Shown here: in pieces, positions 20,057 to 33,460 of the stretch | How the letters are laid out: every line of letters begins with the position of its first letter | How positions within the stretch are numbered: the stretch's first letter is position 1 | NCBI GenBank assembly: GCA_044892505.1 | Contig: CM097882.1 | Coordinates: 320,485,786 to 320,538,524 of the forward strand | From: Schmidtea nova | Lineage: Eukaryota | DNA: 52,739 bases | Reading direction: 5' to 3' | Made by a program: the position numbers and the translations under genes | Notes under the pieces: model-generated | The model's database searches: none | What the model saw: only the letters and a program-made list of their open reading frames with translations | Told to the model about the DNA's origin: nothing

Positions 20057-20643
20057 CTTGAAAGTTATTTAACTTTTCAAAGTCTGGGCTACTCGTTTTC
20101 ACTCAAAAAACTTTCAAATATTGTACTTACAATTGTAATGCAACTATATAGATTGATTTCTTAATCATGTACATCTATTGCATTTGCTTTGCAGTTGGAT
20201 TGCATTATTAAAATAAAACAAGATAAAAGGTTTAATGCATTTATTTAAACTAGAAATAATCAAATATAACTATTGAAAATTTATATATTGATGATTAATT
20301 TGCAGAGTTTTGTCCCACCAACTTATATTGAAAATTTACTTTTACATTTCTAACTTAATTCTTTATCAAATCGAACTGATCATTCAAGTTTATATTCTTA
20401 TGAATTTGTCGAAATATCAAACTTGGTTATTTATTTTTCATTGTATTTTTTAATTTCAATCAATATAAGATTCAAAATATTTTTGATTCTAGTGAGGGTT
20501 CAATTAAAATATTGAATATCTTCATATAATTTCATACGAACTGTTACCAGAGTTTCATATGCTATTTCAAATCTGATTTTCAAATTATTCATTCTTTAAT
20601 AGTTTTATTGTAGGAGCTTTCAGCCATCTTGGTCTATCTACTA

Positions 20644-21375
20644 CAGTGTTGTCCAAACTGTGTGCCGTGGCGGGTGCCCAGGTGTGCCGTGAAATTTTTT
20701 TAAAAAGTCAAAAAAAAACCCTGTTTTTCCAAACAACTTAATAAAATGAAATTGAATTGTGGATATTTTAACAGTTATTTCAAATTTAAATGATAATCAG
20801 TCAATTAAGTGTGAACTTTATTTGTTTACAATCATATTTATATTTCTTACTAGAAATATTGACTATCTAAAATACGTAAGCAGCTTAATTATGTTTATTT
20901 AGATTCTGTCTGAATTGTCTGAATTTTGGGTTTTTGTTAAAGACGAATATCCAAATTTGAGTAAGAAGGCAATTGAAATATTATTACCATTTGGTTCTTC
21001 TTATCTCTGTGAACTGGGATTTTCAACTCTTACCACAATTAAATCAAAGAAGCGGGAACGTATGGTTAACATTGATCAAGAATTAAGAGTTTGTTTGTCA
21101 AAATTTCCACCACGATTGGAACTTATTTGTTCGGAACATCAAGCACATAAATCTCATCAACTATGTTTTATGAATTTTTCATTCACTAATTTTTCTAAAT
21201 TTAAAATTTTTTACATTAAATTTATTTCAAGTAAATAAGTTTTTCATTTCTTATTAAAAGATTAGTAAAAGTGCAATAAAAAATTGCAAATAAAGCAAAA
21301 AAAAATTTAGGTGTGCCGCGAAAATTTTTAATTCAGCCAAGTGTGCCGTGGCTCAAAAATGTTTGGACAACACTG
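20644..21375 (+). mobile_element. Non-autonomous hAT (Buster/Charlie-type) deletion derivative, 732 bp
   Basis: Perfect 15 bp TIR CAGTGTTGTCCAAAC; 8 bp TSD ATCTACTA with central TA. Retains the dimerization-domain fragment LLPFGSSYLCELGFS (20915-21238). Confidence 0.95.
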
Positions 21376-22108
21376 ATCTACTATATCCAACAAATCTAAA
21401 AACTCAGCTGTTTCAGGTCAAATGCATTTTGTTTTATTTTGTCCTTGAACTAAAACAATTGTTTTCTTTCCCTAACAATATATTATGAATGAGCTTATTA
21501 TTAAAAATTGTATTATTATTTTGATTTAAATAATTTTTTAAAATTTAGTTTATACTAAAGTTATGTACTTATTGTGATTGTTAATTGAATTTGTTTAAAT
21601 TGCATATGTATTGCATTGGTTTTGTTAACCAATCACAGTTATGCACATCAACTGCAAGTCTTTTTCTGTATAAATACTAAGTTCTAATATTTTCATTAAG
21701 ATAAGTCAACAAATTTTTGTTACAAATCTCATTAATGGATTGATGTCAGATGAAAAAGATTATGACGTAGTATCTATTTTAAAAATCTTTGTATCGTGTA
21801 CTGAGAAAATATGTCAAGATACTAATTGATCTTTCAACCAAAAGTCGATTCAAGCCAAGGAAAGTCATTTTAAACTTGTATTTTGTCCTCTATTTGAATC
21901 AGACATAAAATGGTCGCATATCGTAGTGATTTTTATGTATATAAAACAAATTTTATAGAAATAACTTACTCCCCATGATTACTATTTTCAATGGTCTGTT
22001 GAGCTATATGCTTTTTTATAATTTCAAATAATAATAATATTTAGGTAATTGAAAATGAAATATGTCCATGGGTTGAACAAAATGGAAATTGCCAAAAATT
22101 GAAAGAAC

Positions 22109-22345
22109 GCAATAGATGTACATGATTAGTAAAGCAATCTATATCTAGCTGCATTACAATTGTAACTACAATATTTGAAAGTTTTTTGCGTGAAAACGAG
22201 TAGCCCAGACTTTGAAAAGTTAAATAACTTTCAAGGCCCATTTCCGTTTAAAGGACTGCCCCTATGAAAAATTATTTTTAAAGATAATTTTTGATAAGTC
22301 TTTATTTCAATAATGATGACTCGCCGAAATTTTTGACATGTACTC
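22109..22345 (-). repeat. Inverted paralog of the repeat into which the hAT inserted (16150-16601 + 20057-20200)
   Basis: Reverse complement aligns across the hAT junction with a single CTTGAAAG (22228-22235). Confidence 0.9.
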
Positions 22346-22598
22346 TTTCAGCGGAAGAAGACAACGATGTACCTGGTGAAGATACTATTATGTACGTACA
22401 ATAATATGTAATACATAGTATGTCTTATTTTCTCTTGTTTTCTATTCCATATATGTATGTAATAATGGGTAATATACAGTTCTAAAATGGTAACTAGAGA
22501 GGTTTATTTCATGTCTAGAATGTCAATGTCCTTATTTAAAGTGCTTTTATTAAATTTTAAACTTTGAATACAAAAATGTTCAATTTTTTAACAAATTA

Positions 22599-23435
22599 CA
22601 GGGATTTCCACCCCAATCTGACATCGTCTCATCAATTTCTGACATCATCCCATTAACTTCTGACAAGCGCCTGATATAAGTGTGACTAAAAATTATTTTT
22701 TTAGTAAAGCGAAATAATTTTCGTTGATTTAAAAATCATTTTATAGTGTTGTCCAAAAAAGGAAAAACTGTATAAGCAAAAAAATAATAAGTAGATTTAT
22801 GATTCACATGAGTATTTCTGAAGAGCAACATAAAAAACAACATAAAAATCAATATTATATTTTTATCATTCTATTTTTTATATATTTGCATGCATATAAA
22901 CCTGTCATTGGCTCGTTAAAATACACTGTTTAATTGGCTTTATGTTATTAGTTTAATGGGTACCATATGTATACTATACACCTCCCATGTCAGCTATAAC
23001 CACAATTTTTACATTATAGTCTATTAATTATTTGTTACTATAGGTACTAATCACCCTCGGTGTTATGATGTCCAAGAATATGTTTCATAAATTTATAACA
23101 CATTGCAGATTAAAGGCCAATATAATACGTATAACAATTTTTTATAGTTTGAACATATCTATTCCAGCCATAAAGAATCTGCAAATATTGCGATATAAGT
23201 AAAAAATAATACAACACAATGTTATCGTTACACAATTTAATATTTTATGTAGTTTAGTTCCTGTATTTGTAATAATTGTGTACTAATATTTTTACCGACA
23301 TATATTGTAACATGTTACATGACATTAACAAAATGAATAGTTTTATATTCATTGATAATTTTTTAGTCATACTATATATTTCAGGCGCTTGTCAGAAATT
23401 GATGAGAACATGTTAGATTGGGATGGGAAACTCTG
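22599..23435. mobile_element. TA-flanked MITE with ~55-75 bp imperfect TIRs (Tc1/mariner-like targeting)
   Basis: CAGGGATTTCCACCCCAATCTGACAT...TGACAAGCGCCTGA is inverted at 23381-23435; TA on both sides. Confidence 0.75.
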
Positions 23436-23644
23436 TATCCTACTTCGCGGAAATTAACTTATCGCGGTAAAGTATGGAACGCATTAAGCGCAATAAATGA
23501 GTGATTACTGTATAGTATTAAAATATTTAAAGTAAAACAAATACTTATTAAACCACTACTACCTTTCGATGTCTATTTACACTTAAGTGACATCTGGTGT
23601 AGATAAAATAGTGACATCGTCCAAATATAATATATATATCAGTC

Positions 23645-25290
23645 TAGTCAGATATGTAAGGATTAACCTGTTCAATTCCATAATTTAAAGGGTTATGATC
23701 TTCATTATATCCTTTAATACGATTTGAGTTCTTTTAAATTTTGGATAATTTCTTGCATTCCGAGAACTAGGGAAAAATTCTTGACTTTGACTGCAAGGGT
23801 CGGTTTTAACCATTAAATTCATCGACTCTTGGCAGTTTCTAAATTCTAGTTTTAATGATGCAGTTAAAATTCTCACTTCTTTGCCTTTGACTCGATCTGA
23901 ATTTACTGGTACTATTGTTGATTGTAAGAGTATTTTTCCTTCTAACTTTGCTACATCTTTAGAAATTCATAACAACACTGACGAGTTATCTCCAATCTGT
24001 GAAGTTGTTAATCAAAATATATACGATAATGCAATTTACATTGATATAAATAATTTGTAAGGATGGGCTTTAAGTCCAAAATTACCATGTGGCGAGTTTT
24101 CTTGGGTTATCGATAACGAAGAATTAAATAATTTAATAAATTTGATGGACACGGATCTCGAAAAACTTACATTTGGTATAGCTTTTGAAGTGAATCTTGA
24201 AATCACTTCAAGTATTTCAAATTATTTCCCTGTTACCGCAGAGAAAATGTGTGGTCCGGGTTCAAATGTTGAGAAGCTGCTGATTACACATTATCCCAAG
24301 TTGAACTATGTTCTTCATTGGAGGCTTCTCAAGCTTTTTGTTTCTTTGGGTTTCTAAATAACACGAGTTCATTGGGCAGTTCAATACAAACAGAATCCGA
24401 TTTTTAAAAAATACATAGAAACTAATACCTAGTTTAAGGCGACTTCTTCTATCGCTTTAGACAAGAACTATTACAAACTAATAATAGTCTCAATGGAAAG
24501 ACTGTGGAGAATCTTAAGAAACAACTATGTAATTCAGCATCAAAACTAATTACATACACATCTAAAACGACTTTTCGAAAACTTATAAACTTGACGATGA
24601 CTTGATATCTATGCTGCTTAATGAAGATTCTGTATTTTTATACAGACCTAGTTACATAGGACAAACTGTACTGAATCTATCTAAACTTAGAATGTATCAG
24701 CTCCAGTATAAAGAGTTACAACAATATCGTAATAATTTTAACTGTGAGATTAATATATTAGCTGGTGGCACAAATTCTTTCTTTCTCGAGGTAAAAATTG
24801 TAAAGTATATGTTTTTTTGTCGGCTATGGTTAGAGATAGACTTTTATACACGTCAAATTAGGACCATAATCATCTATTGTATTCTAGAAACCTTGATTCT
24901 GTCACTGGCAAGTTTAAAGACGAGAATAAAGAGTTTAAATATTAGGAGTGGGTGTTTTTAAGACCAAAATTTTATAGTTTGTTAGGTGATAAAAAGTATT
25001 CAATCTAAGAGAATAACATTGAAGGGTGCTGACTTCAAACATCAGTCGTACTTGGATTGTTATAATAATAATTCGATGGTTTCTGTTGCTCAATCACGAA
25101 TAGTTAGCAAAAATAATCAATTATTTACTAATAAAAATCATAAAGCAGCCTTGACGAACTTGGATTATAAAATGCTTTGAGTGAGGGAAAATGAAAGTCT
25201 TGCATTTGGCATTATAAGGGATGGGACTCGTTTATAGACCAATCAAAAGATCAGTTAGCGTTCCAGATCCAGATCCACCGCTCAATTCAG
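23645..25290 (+). pseudogene. polB: Second, heavily decayed Polinton protein-primed polB fragment (ExoII to C-terminus, internal deletion)
   Basis: FHNLKGYDLH, KFIDSWQF, YIDINNL*GWALSPKLP, VLHWRLL, RPSYIGQTVLNLSKLRMY and AGGTNS, co-linear with 10080-12000. Confidence 0.92.
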
Positions 25291-26520
25291 ATTATATCTT
25301 AAATTCAAATTTTTATTTAATAAAACTTTGATAAAAATAATTGGTTTCATTGTATTTAGTTTTATATTTCTTTATCTTATTATGTTTATCATTCGGGTTT
25401 TTCATCTTGATTAGTGTAATATTTTTATGATTTGTTTCAATCGTTTTTTATTTAATGTAAAGATAATTATTTCTGTTTACAAATTGCATCCGCTCTTTCA
25501 GTTCCCTTCTGGTGAATAGTCTTTATATCTTTCGAAAACTATCACAATTCTCGCATTCATTTCATTAGTTTTCATAGTTCTCACACTCATTTTTCTAAAA
25601 TTTATATTACTAAAATTATATAATATATCGAAAGTTATCGGTTAAAAAGATATGGAACTACTATTCGAAATGTTAGTCGCTCAATTAAAACAAAAATATC
25701 ATTCAATTAATTTAAAAACATGTTATCGTCTGTGTTACTTGTTACTTGTTACGAGTAATAATTAATGTTTTGTGTGTTTTGACTCTACCAGCAGTTGTCA
25801 CGGAGACTATACAATTGTGTCTGTGTTTATATTATTAACAGCTACTTCAGGGAATATATATTGTAGTGTGTTTACCTTAGCAACAACAGCTTTGGGGAAT
25901 CATATATTGACGCACGTGTTTACTCTAGCAATCGTTGCTATGTGAAAAAAGTGGTGCAGGCACATGTAACGTTTAATAAATGTTTTGAATTTTATTTTGA
26001 TATATGCTTTATCTCATTTGATTTACCCGTCATTAAAATGATGATAAGAGAGACTCAGAAGATGCCCAGCCAAGAAAACCCGATGCGTTCGAAAAACTGA
26101 ACCGAAGAGTCAGAATCGGTTCTCAAACCATCGCTTATTAAATTATATAGGTCGATAAGGTGAAAGTAAATTCGAATAGAATCAGGAAGTATAGGTGTGA
26201 TCCTATTCAAATATTTTAGGAAATAAATAGGCGTTGATTTTAGATATTATAAGGTGAGGTTATAGAAAGTTAGGAGTTGATAAATTTAAGTGGACCTTTA
26301 AAAGAGAAAGAAGTTATGCGCGTAAGTCTTTTTATCGGCAGCAGTAGTTTTGCAAAAAAAGCTCACCTGCTCATATAATTCTCGCACCAATGTGAACATT
26401 ACCAAAACAGATTACTAAGGAGTAACTCTGAGTACACAAGTGAGGTAGATATAACATATTCATAATGGTGTGTGGGTTACAGTAATCCCTAGCGACAACA
26501 ATTTTTAAAAACCTATACAC

Positions 26521-26525
<5 letters not shown>

Positions 26526-26570
<45 letters not shown>
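26526..26570. repeat. (TA)n microsatellite (others at 16878, 28566, 30811, 42181, 45147, 49937, 50351)
   Basis: Direct reading. Confidence 0.95.
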
Positions 26571-26573
<3 letters not shown>

Positions 26574-27982
26574 CCACTGTCTGCCCATCCCACCTATATC
26601 TAATTTTACGTAAATTTAGTTAATATTATACTACTTTTAAAAATAAGTAGCATAATTATAATAATTAACTTTTATCGTATTAAGTTTCTGTCATTTAATC
26701 CATCCACCATTTCCTAAATCTACCACTGAAAATTATCAGTAAATAAAATCTCATAACTTAAAAAAGAATTATTACAAATATTAACGAATTATTGTATTTC
26801 GTTGTTGTAAAGTATGTAAAAAAGTATGTAAAATATATGTTATTCATTCAACATACATTATATTGAAGGAAAACAAGTTTGCATGAATCTTTTGGGTTGT
26901 AGGATTTTAGTCGGCTTATTATCTGACTACTAGTGCTCCTATAATTGACAAATCACCAACGGCAAACACAAATTAAATTCCACTAATTTACACAATGACA
27001 AATAAATCAATACAATTTTTATTTTCTACTCAAACATTCAGCATTCTCTCTTCTGTTCAAGCGATAAGGGTACATTGCCCTTTCTGGTACGCTTCTTGAT
27101 TCGCTAATATTAGATTCCACATAATCACTCTCTTCACTTTTCCGATAAGTTTTCGTTTTGACCAGAATGGCAATTTGCTGTTAATTGTTGTTTCTTTTAT
27201 AGTTTTCCATTACAATAATAATATAATTTAATTTTCCTGAAATTAAAAAATAATTATATTGGTGGGTTGTTGATCGTCAATATGACCTTGATGTTACTAT
27301 GATTCATCATCAACAACTCAACAAATAAAACATTAGTCAAAACCATTTTATTGCCCGTCACAAAGTAACATTGGTAATGCAACAAATGGGTGGATGTCCG
27401 CAAATAGTGAGCATCGAAAAAAATTGAAACTTTGAATGACCGAACATCTCAGTGGGTTAAAGGGTGACCAAAAGAAGGATTCTAGACGTTAATTATTTTG
27501 AATAAACCTTGCCCTTGGCCAATCCACTACTCATCATATAGCCAGGTGTGAGATGAAGCAGTCTTGGATGTTTGGGCTCAACTTAGATGAAAAAATGAGT
27601 CAGAAATCAGAAGGAACCCCAGCTGACTGACGATTCACCTAAGAGATTAATGACAGTACAACAAATCGCTGGACAGTCATCTGAACGTATAGAACTCTCA
27701 TTAGTTAAAAAAAATATTATTTATTCTAAATACTAAGAATAATGGTAATAAAAAGATTTAAGTAAAGGTGCCGATGTGACAGAGATCCTCGTTAGAAAAT
27801 TCATATTGCTAAATGTGAAATAATGAGAGGTAAAATAATCAATTCAAATAATAGGTAAATATTAATTTTTATTTTTGATAAAATGATAACTCAAGCAATA
27901 ATTCATAATAACATGATAGTCAAACACATAATAGGATGAGATAAACGCATAAATAGAATAATGGATTAAAATAATAGCTTAA

Positions 27983-28222
27983 CCTCTTAAGTGGTTTATT
28001 TCGTCAAACGAAATGCGCTCCTCAGCGGCGAGTTTTTTTATCCACTAGTGTATATATACGTCTTGGGCATAGTGTTACAAAAATAAAATAATATCTTATT
28101 GGATGATATTTATTAAGATAATATGTTAACAAACAAAATATTTTTATGCGAATATATTCGTCTTATGCCTTTTGTAATGTATATGTTGATGACGTATAAA
28201 TCCGTCATAGCCACTTAAGAGG
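27983..28222. mobile_element. piggyBac-type MITE, 240 bp
   Basis: TTAA at 27979 and 28223; 12 bp TIR CCTCTTAAGTGG. Confidence 0.85.
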
Positions 28223-28563
28223 TTAATATAAAATGTAATAATGAACTAAAGCATGATAACAATAAATAGGCAATATTTAAATGAATAATAATAAAATACT
28301 GGGTATGGAACGTTTAGGGGGCATGATCCCGATGGCTCCCTGTTCTTACGTTTGATAGATCATTAATCCGGAGTTAGTCGTCGAATAGCGGTATCGAAAA
28401 CGGATTGTAATATTCTTGGTTTTTCTAAGTTGTCTTCCTCGCGGAGGTGTTAGGTTCCTTTGCTCGACAGTGGTACTTGTAAATAGTTTCTGTGTAGGGG
28501 TTCGCCTTAAACAGCTACACCCGGTTGGTAGTGCAAAATTCTGATTTTGCTAAAATTTATGGC

Positions 28564-28612
<49 letters not shown>

Positions 28613-28616
<4 letters not shown>

Positions 28617-28998
28617 CTAGAAGGAATTTTGATTCTTCCAAAATTAAATTTAACAATTTTAAGAAAATTTAGTTTATTATTTTTGTATAGAACTTTAATA
28701 AAACTTTAAATAATTTATTTATAATCTAAAGATCTACTTTAAAATTAAAGATTTTTCTAATTTAGTTTAATTTGCTAAATTTTTATCTAAAGCAATTTTA
28801 TTTTATATTTTGTTAGTTTTTACGGTAAAAATCGAAATTTTCCTTCTGAAAATATGTGTAATTTTATTTCATAGTTGCTGTTTTTATGTTATATTTGTGT
28901 TTTTAACGCGTATGCTTGATGCGCTTTTGTTCAGTTTAATTTTTAAACGTGTTTTATTTAATTGTTCATGTGTTATGTGGTTACTTTAATTTTCGCAG
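28613..28998 (+). repeat. Dispersed repeat, copy 2, directly after a (TA)n tract
   Basis: Aligns with 13302-13771. Confidence 0.85.
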
Positions 28999-29146
28999 AC
29001 CTGAAATGATTATTGCTCCTCCTAATACAATTTATTTCGGTTTGCAATTCTGGTAATTTAATTTTGAATTGGATTTCCCTCTAGTTTGAGTTTCCTATTA
29101 GTCCGGGTTTTTCATGTACTCGACTTTGCTAGATAACTAAAATATT

Positions 29147-29339
29147 ATCATAATTATCTTTTAGTTTCACCTTTGATCTCTTTTTTTAGATCAATAATTT
29201 TCGTAATTGTATGACTATAGATCAAAAATATTTTTTGGGGGTTTATAGTAATAAAAATAATAAAATCTATAGTCATGCAATTACGAAAATTATTGATATA
29301 AAAAAGAGATCAAAGGTGAAACCAAAAGATAATTATGAT
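29147..29339. repeat. Foldback hairpin/MITE: ~76 bp arms, 42 bp spacer
   Basis: 29147-29222 is the near-perfect reverse complement of 29265-29339. Confidence 0.88.
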
Positions 29340-29754
29340 TAACACTTATATTGAGTAAATCTTTTTTTAAATATACAGCTTTATTTAAAAAACTAAATTG
29401 TTTTTTTAAATAAAATTTTAATTTTTTATAATATTTATCAATGGGTGATATTTATTCTGCAATTGTTTAAAAAATATGTTTAAATTATGTTTCATTATTT
29501 TACATCAGCTTAAAAGTTTTTTCTGTCTCGATTTGTCTTTTCAGGAAAATGGTCAATTTACTTAAAGAAATTTATACAAGTCAATTATAATAAAGCTAAC
29601 TGATATATAAACAGTCCGTCTATGGTATATCATAAAGAAAAAATAAAGTCAATGTAGAAATACTCATATAAATGAACAAGACAATATTCTAAACTATTAG
29701 AAGTACATTTATTAAATCAGTAATAAAAAATGTTTGAAATTTAAACAAACTTAC

Positions 29755-29968
29755 TAATAACTGATGATTCCGTATCAACCAATATAGCTCTAGGATTGTA
29801 TTTTCCTCCTTCAACTTCATGGAAAAAAGTTTCCATTGAAATCGCACTTTTATCCCCAACACATTCACCATCAGGACAAACACTATGCTCAATGCATATA
29901 AGTTCCCAAATTGCGTTTCCCATTTGTATTCCTCCCTGGCCTACATGGATTACCGTGACTTCAAGTGG
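29755..29968 (-). CDS. Divergent alpha-tubulin, upstream coding exon (start codon exon not located)
   Basis: PLEVTVIHVGQGGIQMGNAIWEL...PDG...ETFF...PRAILVDTE. Acceptor TTTAG at 29969, donor GTAAGT at 29754. Splicing to 15629 is in frame at the conserved codon-76 phase-1 intron position. Confidence 0.92.
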
Positions 29969-30807
29969 CTAAACAAAAATTTCACAATTATTTTTTTATT
30001 TTCAATGAAAGAAAAAACGCTTGAAAAATTGAATAAATCTGAAAAAAATCTACCAAATATTTATTCCAGAAAAATTCAGAAATTATAAATGTACACAATT
30101 TTCTCCAAATTATTCTCTAGCAGATACGAATTCCCTTCCAAAATATGTATTATATTATTTTTACCCCAACTTTGTTAAAATAGCGATATTTCTTTAATAT
30201 ATTTATACAAAAATATATAAGAATAAAACTAAGTATATAATAATGTGATTCTCATTTAAAAAGTATGTCAGGCAGTGGATTAATAACCATTAATATTTTT
30301 AACATTTGTTTAATACAAATAGATCAAAATTTTGTTAAATATAAAACCTCTTAATCTATATTCTGAAAGAATGAAAATATAAATTTTTGTGAAGTATTAA
30401 TACAAATTATCATTTAATTAAAAGTCAAGTCTTAAATCGCGAAGCCTGATGTGAGTGTCGTTGTTTCCAAATTCTAAAAACAGTATTGATTTCGACGATA
30501 CCGGCTTAAAACTATATGTCATTGCTGGGTTCTTGTGTTGTATGAACGAAGCAAGTTATCCTGACAATCAAAATTGCGGGTTCCCAGCTTATGGGTCACA
30601 GAGGATGTTCTGTGGAATTGATTTGCAATATACTATTTCAACCATCACAATAAATATATGTTAGGGTTCGTAAAATGTCAACTTGATGATTTTATATAAA
30701 TAAAAAAGTCGATACTGGTTAATAAATTTTATTTTTTATTACAAATACAAAATGATTAGCTGATAAAAATATTACAGTATCTTTCGTTTTACTTTTGTAT
30801 AATAAAA

Positions 30808-30851
<44 letters not shown>

Positions 30852-31119
30852 TTTTCATAGTCATTTTTAAATAGTTTTTTTAAATGATTATATTTTATTA
30901 ATTTTTGATTCTAAAATAAATAAAATTGTAAACAACCTTACCCAAAATTTCAGGTTGTATTGAATAAAATTTTCATTGATGCGAATTTACGGAAGTAGAA
31001 TGAAATTGATTTACTAACTTCTTTGAAAGTGGAATGTCATGGGTGCAAGTGATGAAAAACTTATTTCCTGGAACCAATGTGAGTAGGTAGATGTGTGGAG
31101 CCGGGAATAAAGACATGCG

Positions 31120-33225
31120 TATATATTTTTGATATTTTCTATGTAATGGTACTAGTATGTAGATATTTCTTTAATGATTATTGTTGTGAATTTGATGAAT
31201 TTCTGTGTATTTTTGATGATTTTCTATGTATTTTTTATGACATTTAATATGATCTATTTTTACTATTTTGTATGTACAATTTTGATGATTTCTATATGTT
31301 TTTTCAATGTTATCAAACTATATTAAGATAATATTTGATGTATCTAATGTCACTTTGTGAGCATTTCCATGTATTTGCATTATAGTATAATGACATTTCA
31401 AGCATTTGACCTCATTTTAAAGAAATTTACTGTAATGTTTGAAAGATTTATTTTCATTCATAATACATTGTTACATTTTCATCAATTTTATTCAGTAGCA
31501 GAACATTGCGAACAGAACCTTAGTAGCAGAACATATTTTGCGATGGTTTTTATGTGCAAAAGCTCATTACTTGAACATTTATTACTGTTACATTATAATG
31601 TGATTATATATGTGATTATAATTTGTATGTGTAATGAACTTTTGATATTTTGTATGTGATGATTTTCTAAGTATGTGATTATATCCTTTGTGTATGTATG
31701 ATGATATTTCATGTGTTGATATTTGTGATGATGTTTCATATAATTTTTATATTTTTTATGTAATTGCACTAGTATGTAGATATTTCTTTAATGATTATTG
31801 TTGTGAATTTGACGAATTTCTATATACTTTTGATGATTATCTATGTAATTGAACCATAGTATGATGACACATATTGTGATGATATCCTTTGGATGTATGA
31901 TGCATTTTTTGATATTATCTATGTATTTTACACTAGTATGATAATATTTCATGCATTTGACTGACTACAAAATGACAGCTTTTCATGTGCTTGATATCCT
32001 GTGTATGATGTTTTTTTAAATATTAAGTGTATTTACAATACAGCATGATAATATTTTGTCTGTATTTGCATTAAAATATGGTGATATTTCATGTATGTTA
32101 TAACCTTTTGTGTAATGATATTTCATGTATTTTAATAATTTTCTATGTATTTCAATGTATTTCTATGATATCAAACAATGATATGATAATCTTTTGTGTA
32201 TTTTCTTTGTGAATCTTTGATAGTTTATGATCATATTTCATATATTTTGTGAGTATTTCTAATGAGTATTTCTAATGTTTAGACTCTATAATGTGATAAT
32301 ATTTTGTGTATATGTTTGTATTTCTCTTTGTTTTTTACATTAAAGTATAATAATATGTCATATGTGATAAGCTTTTGTGAAATGGATAATATTTTGTGTA
32401 TAGTTTTGTACTGGTGTAATAATATTCTTTTTATGATTATTATTGTATTTATTTTTAGTGTGTGAAAATTTCCTATAATTTTGTGTGTATTTTGTGATGA
32501 TATTTCATGTCTTTGCTATTTTCTATGTAATTTGCACTATAGTATAATAATATTTCATGCATGTGATAATCTGTAATATTTCTTATATGTGATATTTTGT
32601 ATGTGATGAATCTCTATATATCTTTGATAGTTTCTGTATTTTGTGGATATTTCGTGTATTTATATGTTATCAAACTATAGTAAGATGAAATTCTATGTAT
32701 GTATGTTTGTATTTCTGATATTTTGTGTATTTCTATGTTATCAAACTATAGTAAGATAAAATTTTATTTGTTTGTATTTCTGATATTTTATGTGTATATT
32801 TATTCACTATAGTATGGTGATATTTTGTAAGTGTGTGATGAATTTCTATGTATTTTGTGTGTATTTTTGATAAGATTTCATATACGTGATGTTTTTGTAA
32901 GTGACGAATTTCAATGTATTTTTGATATTTTGTGGGTATTTTTGATGATTTTCTATGTAATTGCACTATAGTATGATGACATTTTGTATGTATTTTGCAC
33001 AATAGTATAATGATATTTCATGTATGTAATATATATTTAATGTATTTTTGATATATTTGTACTATAATTTAAGAATAATTTGTGTGATTATCTAAATAGT
33101 ATGATACCTTTTCATGTATTTATCATAGTGACAGAACATTGCTAGCAGAACTGCTATCAGAACCCTAGTAGCAGAATCTATTCTGTGATGGTTTTTATGT
33201 GCAAAAGCTTCATACTTGAACATAT
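31120..33225. repeat. Strand-biased (T/G-rich) degenerate low-complexity array with internal duplications
   Basis: Recurrent TTTTGATGATTTTCTATGTA and CACTA(TA)GTATGAT units; 31130-31220 resembles 31760-31850, and 31490-31580 resembles 33130-33225. Confidence 0.8.
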
Positions 33226-33460
33226 TTCTAATAATAAATATACTGTTACCTAATTCTCAATGTCCCTTATCATCATTTCAATGTAACAGTTTAGCAAAAC
33301 TTTCGATCATTAGTTGGTCAATAACATGGTTGGTTATTAAAATGGTTGATTTTTGCGATATAAATACAACTTGTAAATAATATTGTTTGACGTAAATGAA
33401 TAAAGAAACAAATAAAGTTAGTTTTAAAAATATATATTTAAATTATTTATTTTAAACTAG

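Noticed and set aside
25790-25960. Degenerate ~45 bp direct repeats that superficially resemble a CRISPR array
   Set aside because: Eukaryotic context, units are not identical, no unique spacers and no cas genes.
30280-30645. Candidate ATG|GT first exons for the tubulin gene (about 30290 and 30640)
   Set aside because: Donor contexts are weak (GTTATT, GTTGAA); cannot choose without cDNA.
30455-33002. Short ORFs 30455-30664, 31357-31659 and 32733-33002
   Set aside because: No recognisable motifs; they arise from low-complexity repeat sequence.
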